Source: Amphiscolops sp. MND2022
Taxonomy: Eukaryota
Reading direction: 5' to 3'
DNA: 64,000 nt
NCBI GenBank assembly: GCA_964187785.1
Contig: OZ076412.1
Coordinates: forward strand, 11,098,001-11,162,000
Shown: positions 11,951 through 23,181 of the stretch, piece after piece
How positions within the stretch are numbered: the first letter of the stretch is position 1
Layout of the letters: every line of letters starts with the position of its first letter
Translations under genes and position numbers: made by a program
Notes under the pieces: generated by a model
Seen by the model: only the letters and a program-made list of their open reading frames with translations
The model's database searches: none
What the model was told of the DNA's origin: nothing

Positions 11951-13162
11951 AAACTGAAGTGTTCTCGATAAATATGGATTTTCTTTTTTATCCGCCACAA
12001 TCTTTGCACTTGAAGCGCGCTCTAGTATACAGCAATTTAAGATGTACTATTCTGATTGCGTCTACATTAAATTTTTATTGCCGTAGCAACAAACGGTACT
12101 ACGCTACTACTGCCGCAATTAATTCTGCTGTTCACTTCTCTCTCATTCTATCCTTCTTCCCTTATCCAACGGAAGAGGGGAGGGGGCTAATTGGCGTTCG
12201 TGTGGCATATGGCAAACTTGATAGTGGCGGTACCAAAAAATGAATTTTCATAAATATTCATCAATGAGTAAATAAAAAGTGATGCTGAATTTCCGTTTGC
12301 TTCCAATGCTGCCTTCAAGAGAGGGAAGTATAGTATATATGTTGCTGGATATACATGTATGTAAATGTACATACATATATATGTGCATGTTTACATACAG
12401 GATTATGTAGATTGGAGAGTGCATTGTGTGGGTATATTGTGCTGAAATGATTGACTTGCAGGACCTAATGTTTCCGGTGCTTCCATATGACTTGCGATGC
12501 ATATTTGTTTTCCATTTCCTGCTATTTGTCACTGTGCAATCAGGGAGCGTTTAAAACACCTGGTGCTGCTGCTGCTGATTGTGCCATTATGACGGATCGC
12601 CTCAAGCGGGGAAAGGACGGAATTGTGCCAATTGGTGCCTCGCCATGTTTTGTTTAATGGCACCAGATTTCAACGCGGTCTCTCACGCTTCGTGCTTTCA
12701 CGTCACGCTTCTGTAATTACTGCTCTTTAAAAACATGAATGCCTCTTCTGTCTTTTTCAATAAAATTTCAATTTTTATAACCGAGTTTTCACCTTTTGTT
12801 GGTTCTATTTATTGAAACATTGGAGGCAATATAGAGCAATAATGCATCTCTTTCTAATTTTTGGAAGTGCCTTTGAAAAATGTTAAGAAATGTTTTTCGA
12901 TGCAAGAAGCAGTTGAATAAATTCAGCTAAATGGCTCATTAAAACTAGCAAGCATCATTAAACGATAGCTTCAATTTTTCAGCGCCTTCTTCCAATGGAT
13001 TACCGTATTTCCGCTCTCGGGTTCGACCTCTGATGTATTGAATTATTGAACTCAGTTGTTAATCTGCGGTTCTTCTGCAATTAGTTGATTTTAAAAAAAC
13101 AAATTAGGTCGCGTTATGATGAAACCGAAGTTATAATTGGCATGGTGAATTGATCGAACAAT

Positions 13163-13420
13163 GATACTGATGTATTGTTTTCTAGTCTGCGCTATATGAA
13201 ATATAGACCGACTATTATAGTGGCTTTTCGTCGATTTTTACTTTTTTCAACCCACACGAAGTTCTAGAAAATTTATACTTTTCCCGTGGGTCTGATTTTT
13301 ATAAGATCTGAAGGTCCGAGTGGATAAAAAGGGTTCCTGGAGTTTTTTTCGGCACTGTGTGACTTTGAATTATGTTCTTCAGCAAAGGTCCGTTATTCTG
13401 TTTTTGTGATGTTTTCAGTT
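13163..13420 (-). mobile_element. HINE-like fragment
   Basis: Terminal motif TAGTCTGCG-CTATAT-GAA-ATATAG-ACCGACTATTATAGTGGC, followed by the family internal TTTTTCGGCACTGTG. Confidence 0.55.
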
Positions 13421-16400
13421 AGGGTTCCGCTGTTAGACATTTTCAAGCACTGTAGTTCTAAATTTCAAAAGCCACATACAGATGAATCAACCAAATTTGT
13501 ATTGCTTGGGACCGAATAAAATAGTACGAACAATGGGAAATACCAATTAACCGGATGATAATACTTTGGCGCAGCGAAATGGGGGTCTCAGATACATACG
13601 AAAAAAAAACGAAGATCCGAATTAACCGGATTTGACTGTATTATGTAAGACTCAGCTCGTTTTGAGCCTTTCTGCGGATGCCTTATCCCGGCTTGTTCTT
13701 ATTTGTTCACAAAATGACAACGGCTAATATTTTTGTATGTTACCAAGTGTGGTTTCTCCCGAGGTTGCCTGTTCTTTTTTAAAAAAAATACTCTGAGTCT
13801 TGGAGGGGCGGTCTGATCTGTGTTCAAGTTCAGGGAAGTTTGACTTAGAGAATGTTCCCTGCAAATAGGGGGTTATTTGCGATTGATGAGAGGTATGTTT
13901 ATGTTGAGAAATGTTGTAAAACGGATAAGATCATGGGAGGTACTTATGATATTGTAAACAGTGTGGTTTGTATAATGACATTTATCAGCTTGTTTCTCAT
14001 GCATCAAACAGGAAGTTAAATATATTACAAATTGATAAATTTGCCCTTTGGTGCCGTTAATCGTTTTCGTTTCTCAAATTCATCGAAATCGTCGACTTAT
14101 TGTCTAGATTAAAGAATGGTTACAAACATGATCAAATAAGTCAAAGAATCAAACTTGTTGATGGAATTTTTGATTTTGGATCTGTTATGGGATAGTGAGA
14201 TTAATTTCCCGGAAATCGTACCAGTGAAGTTTAACGTGAAACTTCGAGATATATTGATAGTAATATCTGAAGGATTTGGTCAAGGTTTCTACTTTTGTCC
14301 GAAATACTTTCAATTTCTAACAAAGCTCTGTGTGAATGACTTGTGTGATTTTTGAATAATTCAGCTTTAAAAGAGCTCAGAATGTTTCTTTTTTTATCTG
14401 GGTCTCTCAAACTGTCGTTATTAAGAGTTCACGCAACTATTTTTATATCAAAGGCTTCGCTGCGAAAAGACCTGCGCGAACTTTTATAAGGTCAAAATTA
14501 ACAGTTCAAAACATTTTGGCATTTTGTAGTCACTATCCTGTACGCTAATTGCAGGTCACTTAATAACGGCATTTCTGCGTTCACTGGTCGTTTGAAGCGA
14601 GTTTGGGCTAAACATTGTCCCTTAAGTATGACCTCGGGTGTTTATATGCCTGACAAATAGCACGAAAACTTCAAAGTGCTTTGAAGTCATTTGCAATGCC
14701 AAGTATAGTAGAAGTTCCTCGCATCGCTGAATTCAATCATATTCCACAAAGTTGACATAGCAAATTGAAGGGTACCGCTAGAACTGAAGAACATTTACTT
14801 GGTACCAATTGAGATCTTCATGGGAAACATTCTTCACTCAATAATTCTGAAATGAGAGATTGGGTTATATAGCATGATATGTACTATAATAAAACTTTAC
14901 TAAATTGCAGATCAAATACGTTTCAAGTAAGTCCTAGGTTCTTGGAAGCAATGTTTTAGCAGTCTTCAAAAATTTCAAAACTTCATTGTTAACATTTTAG
15001 TACCTTGAAGCCGGTTGAACGCGACAAAAGCTCTACTGACATGCGTTCAATGGCTATGTTCATATGAAAGTTTTTTCGTTCTCAGAAACCGATTCCTGCA
15101 AAACGCTTCAATCAACAATGTATTATTACTTGACTGGGGTGGTTTTAAGGGGGTGCTAGGTGGCGGACGCCTGCCCCTTTGGAGAGATGTATGGAATGAA
15201 TTGATGTCTCAGCCGGTAAAATGTGTTAAGTTTTCCTACTTTCAAATATTCAACTGGTGCTCTTGTTGCGGTGCGCCCACCCGTTTAGAAAATCCTAAAA
15301 CCTCCCCTGTTACTTGATCAACGCTTGCGGTGCATTGTGGACTTGCTCCAGGACTATATGAAAGCACTAACGAAGTGACCAAATTAAAAAAAAACTGGGC
15401 GCCTCGATGTATCAGGGGCTGCATTGATTCGCTGATTCCACACTTGCATATACGAATATTTGGTCGTGATTCCATAATTGTTTCCTCCCAAACGGGAGTC
15501 CACATTAAAAGAGCAAATGTGCTTTTTCGAATGGTTTCCTCTGCCCATATGTAAAATTTGGTGAGAAAATAATGTACAAAAACAAGTGATTCATCTTACA
15601 ATGGAGCATTGTTTAATGAATTGAAAACATCCAAAAAATCTAACTCATAATTTACATGAATTCATCCCGTGTAATTTACTTGCGTGCTTCAAAAAGTCAA
15701 TTTTGACAATATTTTTCTGAATGAGAAATGAAAACAGTTGAGAAAATGTAGATTGCCTACGTCGATGATAATTATGTCATTCCCAAGTGCCCGCTGGCAG
15801 TGGTATTAAAATATGTCACTCATTATCGACTTTTCATTTTTCTCAGAGACGCATATGTTACCAGCAGGACTGGTACTTAATTGGCCCGTAATCCCTCGAT
15901 GTCTCATTTCACCGGGGTCAAAACGACACCTGTGACTGTACGCTTGAAGAGACCATATTGCACCATCTAATGATTTCCATTTCCGCTCTCATTTGGAATG
16001 TGAGGTCTTTGACTTCCAAACCTAATTACTGGCTCACGGCGAAGCCTCATTTCATTACTGCTTCCAGCTTGTATGGCGACCGTGCAATTGGCTAACAAAA
16101 TAATTCACCTCTTAGTACCCTTTTCCGGCAGTGCCACCGCGCCTTGTCACACCAAATGGATGCAAATTAAAAAAAAACTTTGTCATACTTTTCCACATTT
16201 TCCGTATTTTTTTGCAGTTCAGTTTTCAACGGGCTCCCACTTCGAGTTAAAGACTTGCTTATAAATTCCATGTTTTGACTAAATCTTCATCTTAATTCTT
16301 AGTCATCTGGGAACTCGAGATAAGAGCTCAGTCCAGAGTTAAGGAACGGAACCTTCCTTCCAGTTAACTCTACTTCAATAAAAAAGGTTGAATAAGTTTT

Positions 16401-17770
16401 GAGAAAGATTAATTTTCTACTTCAGAGTCTGTTTGAATAATCCTCTCAACTGCTTTTTTTCTCAATTGATAGGGAGTGTATTCACGTGATTGACATTCTG
16501 TGGCTGGGTCCCCGAAAATATATTGCGCAATATACATAACCAACTTCAAGACCCTGCAAATGCTCGAAGTGAAAGCAATTAATTTCAATTCGAATAACTT
16601 AGTCAAACTGTTTGCATTCATTCGTTCCATGTATGGAATGCTCCCCGTTGCGCTATAAAGCCTATTAGGTTTTGTTGACACGCTAGTTGAAGTAAATACG
16701 TCAGGTTAATAGCACGGTTCAGACTTTGATTCAAAGGCACCCGACTAAGTTTGATGGAAAATAGCATAGCCTTGCTCGTTCGGAACAGCTAAAACGTACT
16801 TGGTATCTTCTCTAAGTTAGCTCCTAATAAAACCGCAGGCATTAATTCAAAGCAGACCCATTTTATTGTAATATTGTATTTCTGTATCAAATAAGACCTA
16901 AATTGAATGGACATAAATTCAATTTATCATGAATATACTGTAGCCCCTTTACTATCGTGAAAGCCTGGACCGACCGTTCAGCTCTTGCTAGAGATTGGTG
17001 GCGTAAATTTGTTTGAAGTTGCGATCAGCGGGATTAAACTCTTAGCATTTCAAGCCCAAATTAATGAATTTTTCACCCCTTCTCTTTATTGCTGCAAATT
17101 TGGGATGATTTAATCTCGTATTTGCAAAGCAAGTCTCCTTGATATAAAAATTGCTGCTTCTGTGCTTGAAACAAGAACTCACAGACCCACAATGTTCTTA
17201 ACATGTTCAAAGTTGATTTTCATTTGCAATGTAGGTCTTCTTGCTGGAGGAGAATCGATTGAAGAAGTTGTTGAGCGCACCATCTTTTTGTAAACACACC
17301 ATTTTGTTTGTTTGTTTTTCATTGTTATTATATTCGCAGACGTTGGCGCCATTATGGCCGGAAGGGGATATTTGAGCAGGTCAAGTCAAAAAACGTTTGA
17401 TGAAAGAGGGCATTTCCCGAATTCTCAATTCAATTTCGCTTCCCGTGGTCATTAGGAACATTGCCACCAAATTGATTTTTAAGGAAAACAAATCATGAAA
17501 AATTAGTCACCAAATTTTATTTTCACCAGGCCAACCTGTTTCGCTGCTATAATCTTTGCGATAATGTGATTATCCGTCTATTGAAAAGAGATTATGTAAA
17601 CACTTGGCACAATTTCAGGTGAATTTTTTGGCCAGGTTGAAAAATCAAAAGGAGTTCAACAAATTTAAATTTGATCGTTATTGATCTATATTAGTCATTG
17701 GACGAAATTTTCTTTCGTTGAAAGTGTGTTCTTGGAAGTACATACATGAGAAACTTAATATTTTGAACGA

Positions 17771-18147
17771 ACAAGCCCAAGTCGGCACCATATCTAAGGC
17801 TCAAAAATAGCAATATGACTTAAGTGTCAAAGTGTCAAAAGGACTTAGTGTCAAGTATTCTTTTACAGTACCCGAAAAACCCAAAAGTTGGACCGAATTG
17901 GCGCGCCTAGTTGTTGCAAAACATCAAAAAAATGAAGGGGGGCCCTTTGGCGAATTATTTTTGCGAAAAAAGTCTCACAATGCCGAAAAAAACACTTTTT
18001 CGTTTCAGTTCGCTAGGCGAAATGATTCAATTTGGGACCATAAAATTTGGTAGAACTTCGTAAGAACTATTTTGGTCAGTTCGTGTGAATTGAAAAAAAA
18101 AGTTACTATAATAGTCGCGTTTCACTTCATGAAGCGCCGACTAAAAA
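17771..18147 (+). mobile_element. HINE-like element
   Basis: 5' ACAAGCCCAAGTCGGCACCATATCTAAGGCTC; 3' TAGTCGCGTTTCACTTCATGAAGCGCCGACTAAAAA. Subterminal inverted repeat AGTCGGCGC/GCGCCGACT plus terminal hairpin; no TSD. Confidence 0.75.
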
Positions 18148-18290
18148 CTGAAAACTTTACAAACAAAGTTTCTTTTAAGGTAATACAATTGTTGAGGAAA
18201 AACTGGCCACCTTGCGAGAGTTTCGCAAGTTAATTCATCTGTCTTAGGACATTGCAAGAATCTTGCAATAAAAAAGGGTTACTTGAGAGC

Positions 18291-18597
18291 TTAAGATCCA
18301 TTTGTTGCAAAATATCAAAAAAATGTAAGGAGAACCCTTAGGAGACATTGAAAATTTTTCGAAAATCTCAATGCAGAAAAAAATCTGAAAGGGGACCCTT
18401 CAGTATCGCCCGGTATTGTATGTTACGCAGAAAAAAGGAACAACATTTATAGTTCAGTTCCCTGGGCCAAATGATCCAATCTGACTCCTTAAAATTCCGT
18501 AGATCTTTGTAGAGCTATTTTGGTCAGTTCGTATGAATTGAAAAAAAAGGAGTCACTAGTACAGTCGCGTTTCACTTCATGAAGCGCCGACTGAAAA
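18291..18597 (+). mobile_element. HINE-like element, 5'-truncated
   Basis: Same internal repeats; 3' end CAGTCGCGTTTCACTTCATGAAGCGCCGACTGAAAA. Confidence 0.7.
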
Positions 18598-21500
18598 TGA
18601 AACTTAATGAATAAAATACGCGCACTTATTTCAACTCCTTCTAGTTGTCATGCAGTTTCTGCACTTAGAGGGCTTCTAAAAAGGGTACTGTTCTTGAAAT
18701 AAATTTGTGCATAAGGATGTTGCGACCAATTCATGGTGATAAGCTGTTGAATATTTTAAAACTGAAACAGAAGCCTCAAGTTCCTGTAATGGAGAAAGAT
18801 TTGTCTATCAATCAACATATGATCTCCAAACAAGTTCTAAGATCTTCTAGGAAATGTTTTTACCCAGATGAGGCAAAGCAATAAAAAATTGGTCCCACAA
18901 ATTTATCGTTTGATAAAAGAGGTTTAAAATCATGATTGAGCTCTAGTTAAACGTCACTTATTTTTTTTCGGTACTGTGCGCCTTTTTTGTTTTCAGTCAG
19001 GAAAAGCCCTTTGAAGGTCGAAATGTTTTTTTTTCGACAATGTGACATTAAATGTTTTTTCATAAAATAGCTATTGAATATATTTGAATGAATTAGCAAT
19101 TTTGGAGCCTTAAGCGGTTCGCTCGTGTCACCTATATGTCGTGCCCAATTATCTTCGCAGCAACTTTTCAAATGCCAAAATAAATAAGTTTCAACATCTG
19201 TGTACAATGCATTCACGCTATGAACTGCAATTATTGTCAAGGATGGCAATTTTGTGCAACTTGACCTAAATTGGTAATTGCACTTTGAGTCTTTTCCGTT
19301 GCAAAAAGTATCATTACAATTAATTGGAACTTCGTGGCAGATCTTCGTGAAATTTGATTTAAATTCAAGTGCATCGTGATGAATCTTCGATAGAAAAAGG
19401 GCAGCTTGGTTTGTTGTATAGAGAAGACAACTTGGACGTACCATTTTACTTTAATTGGATTTCAGCTGTATGAAAAATTTTTCCCTGAAATTCTTGGATG
19501 AGTCATTAACGAAATGAATTCCTTCAAGTTATCATGAAAGCATCTTTCGAAAAGCATTCTCATTCATTCTGCAATGCATCAGTAAAAGGTCATAAATTAT
19601 GAGGAAAACAGGCGAAAGTATTTGGAGGAATCCATCGCAGAACGTTTTTGTAGCGAGTTGCCTCTCCAGGGTCGAATTATTTAGAATTAAAAATTGCAAC
19701 TCAAATTTTTGGTCAAATTATATAGGATCGAATTTTACATGTCACTATTGCATTGGTATAATATAAATGAAATTTTCGCCTCTTTCGATCTTAGATCAAA
19801 TCAAAGTCAAGATTCGATCCTAGATAATTTTGTACATTTTTCGATTTCACATAATTCGACTCTGTACAGCAATTCCTTTGTAGCAGATGCTTAAAAAGTA
19901 GTGTATGAAATTGAATGTTGAAAATGTAGCAAAAAGTTGTGTATAGTTGATATGTAAATTTGATTCACAAAAAATGTCAAAAGTGAACAAGTGTTCAATG
20001 GTGCATGGAATGAGTGACCAGCGCATTAGTCAGAATGAAGTTGAAAACGTGTGACTGAAAACATTGTTCACGTTGACTTTCACAAGGCTGCCAAAGTCTG
20101 AGCAGGGACGAAACAGCATGTTGACAATCTGTTGCATCTATTTTCTCTTGCTCTCCCCCTAATCTACCAATCCCCTTATGAAAAAAAAACAGAAAATATA
20201 TATCCTCTATATCATGCTATATGCCAGCACTTTTTGCTGGCTGTAATTGCCATTATCGATGATTGATTGCATTGACCTGTCATTGCGGTGATGTCAAAAG
20301 AGAGATATGGTCTTTCACCCACTTGTAAGGTGCTTCCAAGCTCAGGGAGAGTCTTAGAGGTCATTGAACTGCCGATTGGGAAATGAATTCTGGGATCGAT
20401 AAGCTCATCTTGCGAATTCAATCGTCGTAGAACTGCTTGAGAACGTCTTGGAAGATTATATTTACTTGTTTTATGTTCTTCAAAACTGATCGATCATGAA
20501 CCAGCAAGATTTACACAGTGTAAGCGGTTTAGTGGTAGCTAAAATTAGCATTGAAACGCTTATGGCCAACATATCTCCTTTTTAAAAAAAAATTAAGGTA
20601 TTTTTAGAGGTGCAAACATCAATTTGAATTCTAGCCCATCTAGAAAAAGGAAAGATGCTTTTTAAAAGGCGTTCTTTCTTCAATTGAATGTTTGTCTTAT
20701 TGAAACATTTCCGGCCCTTTTGTAAAATAATTGAGCCAAAATTTTAAAAAGCAAATGGAACCTCGAGAATTTTGGTCATTTCCATTGGAGCTCGTCATCT
20801 CTATCTTCTGGTCGCATCAGTGAATTATCTAGCAGAATGTATTATAGCGAATTGTCTTTTGGCATATGTGGCTAGCTACTTGAAAGTTTCTCTATGTAGT
20901 GAAAGTAATTGAAATTCATCTCACAAACGTTTTGATGTCTAAACTATTGAGAATACAACTCTTGCTACTGCAATTTAAAAAATAACTTGAGAGAAACTCG
21001 ATGGCAACTCTCCATGAATAATTTGAAATTAGCTTGGCGAAAGTGCCAGAAAAATGTGCATCTTGTCTGTCCTCTTGGATAACTTTTTGGCTTCTATCCA
21101 AAGAAAGTTGCGTCACGCCGGTTAAGAAATTTCGCTTCCAGTTTATGGTCCCCAATTGAGTTGCCAGTTGTGCCAACTTCATCCAGGAAAGTTAAACTAA
21201 ATTTGTCTCCGATGCTTTTGTAACAGAAGTGCTTTTTGTGTTCAATTGAATTTGTGTACGTTTAATTTACTGCTAGGATCTATGTAAGTTTAAATTATCA
21301 ATGCTCCGAAGCTTCAAATTATTCCATTTCCAGTTTTCTTCATAAACTAGTCTGAAGAAATAACATGGATCACAGAATTGGCGAATTTATTGAATTTCAC
21401 TGACATGTGCTGAATAAAAATGCATTTTCAATTTCACCTGGCAGACATATTACGTCTAGACGTACAACTATTTGGTCTTTATTTCGTGCGCCGAATCTTC

Positions 21501-23027
21501 AGGAAAACTTGAACAAACTTTCACTCATGCTTTAAACAAAGACAAAATGATTTTGAGATTCTCATGTTGCATCGAGAGACGCATCTTATGGAATATTTCG
21601 AGCTATAAACGTCCATAAAACGAGGATATTTTCATCTTTGATATTAGGTATTGAAATATTTTATTACTTTATCCATAACCTGTCATAAGCCGTTTAAGCC
21701 CGTCCTGGAGCCGGAAAAGCGGCGTCACTTTGCATCGCAGTAATAAATAGTGTCTGGTTAAATAATGAATTTTTAACCCATTCAAGACGTTCCCGATGTG
21801 CATGGCCAGTGGTAAATCTATCATTGTTGCACTATAAACCGTCTTGCCTCTTCCCGTCGCTCTTTTCATTAATGCCCGATGATGCAAGCAGGTTGTCATT
21901 AAATATTGAGCAGGTCGCCAAGGCATGGATGCCACATTTTTTATTGTTACTAGCCACGCCTCGAACAATTTCACCTGATGTTCAACTCTCTCTGCTTCAA
22001 AGCGAGCAGCCCGGCAAATTCACAAGCGTCCTGAGCCGCCGATTAGCACGATCGGTTGACCCAATTTATCCTCCTTCGCAACTTATCTACCCATCAAAAC
22101 GCTCCACTGACAATGGGAAGAGCAGAAAAAAGTGAGACGGTACCGCGATTATAGTCCTAAAACCAATAAAGACTCTCTGTTCTGAGATGGGGGAACGATG
22201 TTTTTTACAGGAAATGGGTGGAGTTTTGTTATAAAGTGTCATCATTTGAATTGTATAAATTATGTGCTCGGCTGAGGTTGATGTCACCATTGCTTCTGTG
22301 CTACGCAATGACCTGCCTTCCTTTTCTTTGTTGCATCCGTTCCGGATACACAATCCGGTCTTTAATCCAGTTTTAATGCCACCAAATGTGTTCCTGACGC
22401 AACTGCTCGTGCAACAACTGAAAACAAGTGTTTTAGCTAAAAAAAAACTGAAAAGCTTTTGTTTTTGATGCAGTTGCTGAATTGAAAAGTTGCAACTTTC
22501 TTCCTATGTCCATTGTTCTGCCCCTTGAAAGCTTTTTGTATAATTCTTCATAGCTCCACTGTCTTGCAGTACAGACTTCATTTTCAACCAAAGGGGATTT
22601 GTTTCCGTGTTCTTGTACACAAGGCTTGAATGTTTGTTTTCTGAACATCTATAATCAGGTTGTTTTTTGTCTTGAAAAGGGCGCTAGATTTTCTTGGTTT
22701 TCAAATCACAAATGCTTCCGGGTAGCCTCTAAACTGAGTCATGCGACGTGTGTTAACTGTCATTACCGCCATCTTAGTTTTTAACTGTCTTCACATCATC
22801 CACTATACCGGAAATCGCTTGTCTGTTTATTAGACGAAAAAATCTCGCTTTCTGTGTTGCATTAATCACTCTACGAAAATGTGTCATCAACTCGCTGAAG
22901 ATTTGTCAAGTTTTTGGCCTTTTCCAATTAATGTTCATGTGACAGATCCGGAAGATTTTTGAAGAATTGTTGATGTGATCTTTGAACGACGACCTTTGGC
23001 AAATTCCTTTCGATACGTGAATAGCAT

Positions 23028-23172
23028 TGTCACTGACGTGATTCATCAGCAACTGAAATACTTTAAAACTGTCAATGTTTTCATGATTGTTCATGCTTCG
23101 AGCTGGATAGTAGTACATTGAACTGAATTGTAGTACGTTGACATAGAACTTTCAATTGAAGTAAAAGAAGTC
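23028..23172 (+). repeat. 5' LTR, lacking the last 11 bp present in the 3' LTR
   Basis: Identical base for base to 26528-26672 (offset exactly 3500), then continues TGGAGGTGAG instead of AATCTTTTACA. Confidence 0.95.
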
Positions 23173-23181
23173 TGGAGGTGA

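Larger units (their letters stand above)
13740..21660 (-). pseudogene. Long decayed, apparently intron-less coding region, interrupted by HINE copies; product unknown
   Basis: Successive minus-strand ORF fragments (20916-21182, 20212-20421, 18947-19444, 16409-16681). Hand-translated neighbours continue with protein-like composition, e.g. TLNNDSLRDPDKKRNILSSFKAELFKNHTSHSHRALLEIES near 14400. No diagnostic motif found. Confidence 0.35.

Noticed and set aside
15980-16100. WNVRSL as the start of a LINE endonuclease
   Set aside because: An isolated hexapeptide with no following ETW or other APE motifs.
19460-20300. TGQCNQ and FQGKIFHT as RNA-virus RdRp motifs
   Set aside because: The core GDN/SDD is absent and the motif order and spacing do not fit.
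21820-21960. ATGRGKT (SF2 helicase motif I-like) and CGIHALA (Ulp1-like) in the decayed region
   Set aside because: They come from two different overlapping frames, and neither is followed by the expected downstream motifs; likely over-reading.
23173-23179. TGGAGGT as a tRNA-Gln primer-binding site
   Set aside because: Only 7 nt match, and the TSD shows the true LTR is 11 bp longer. This sequence lies past a deletion junction, not at the normal PBS position.
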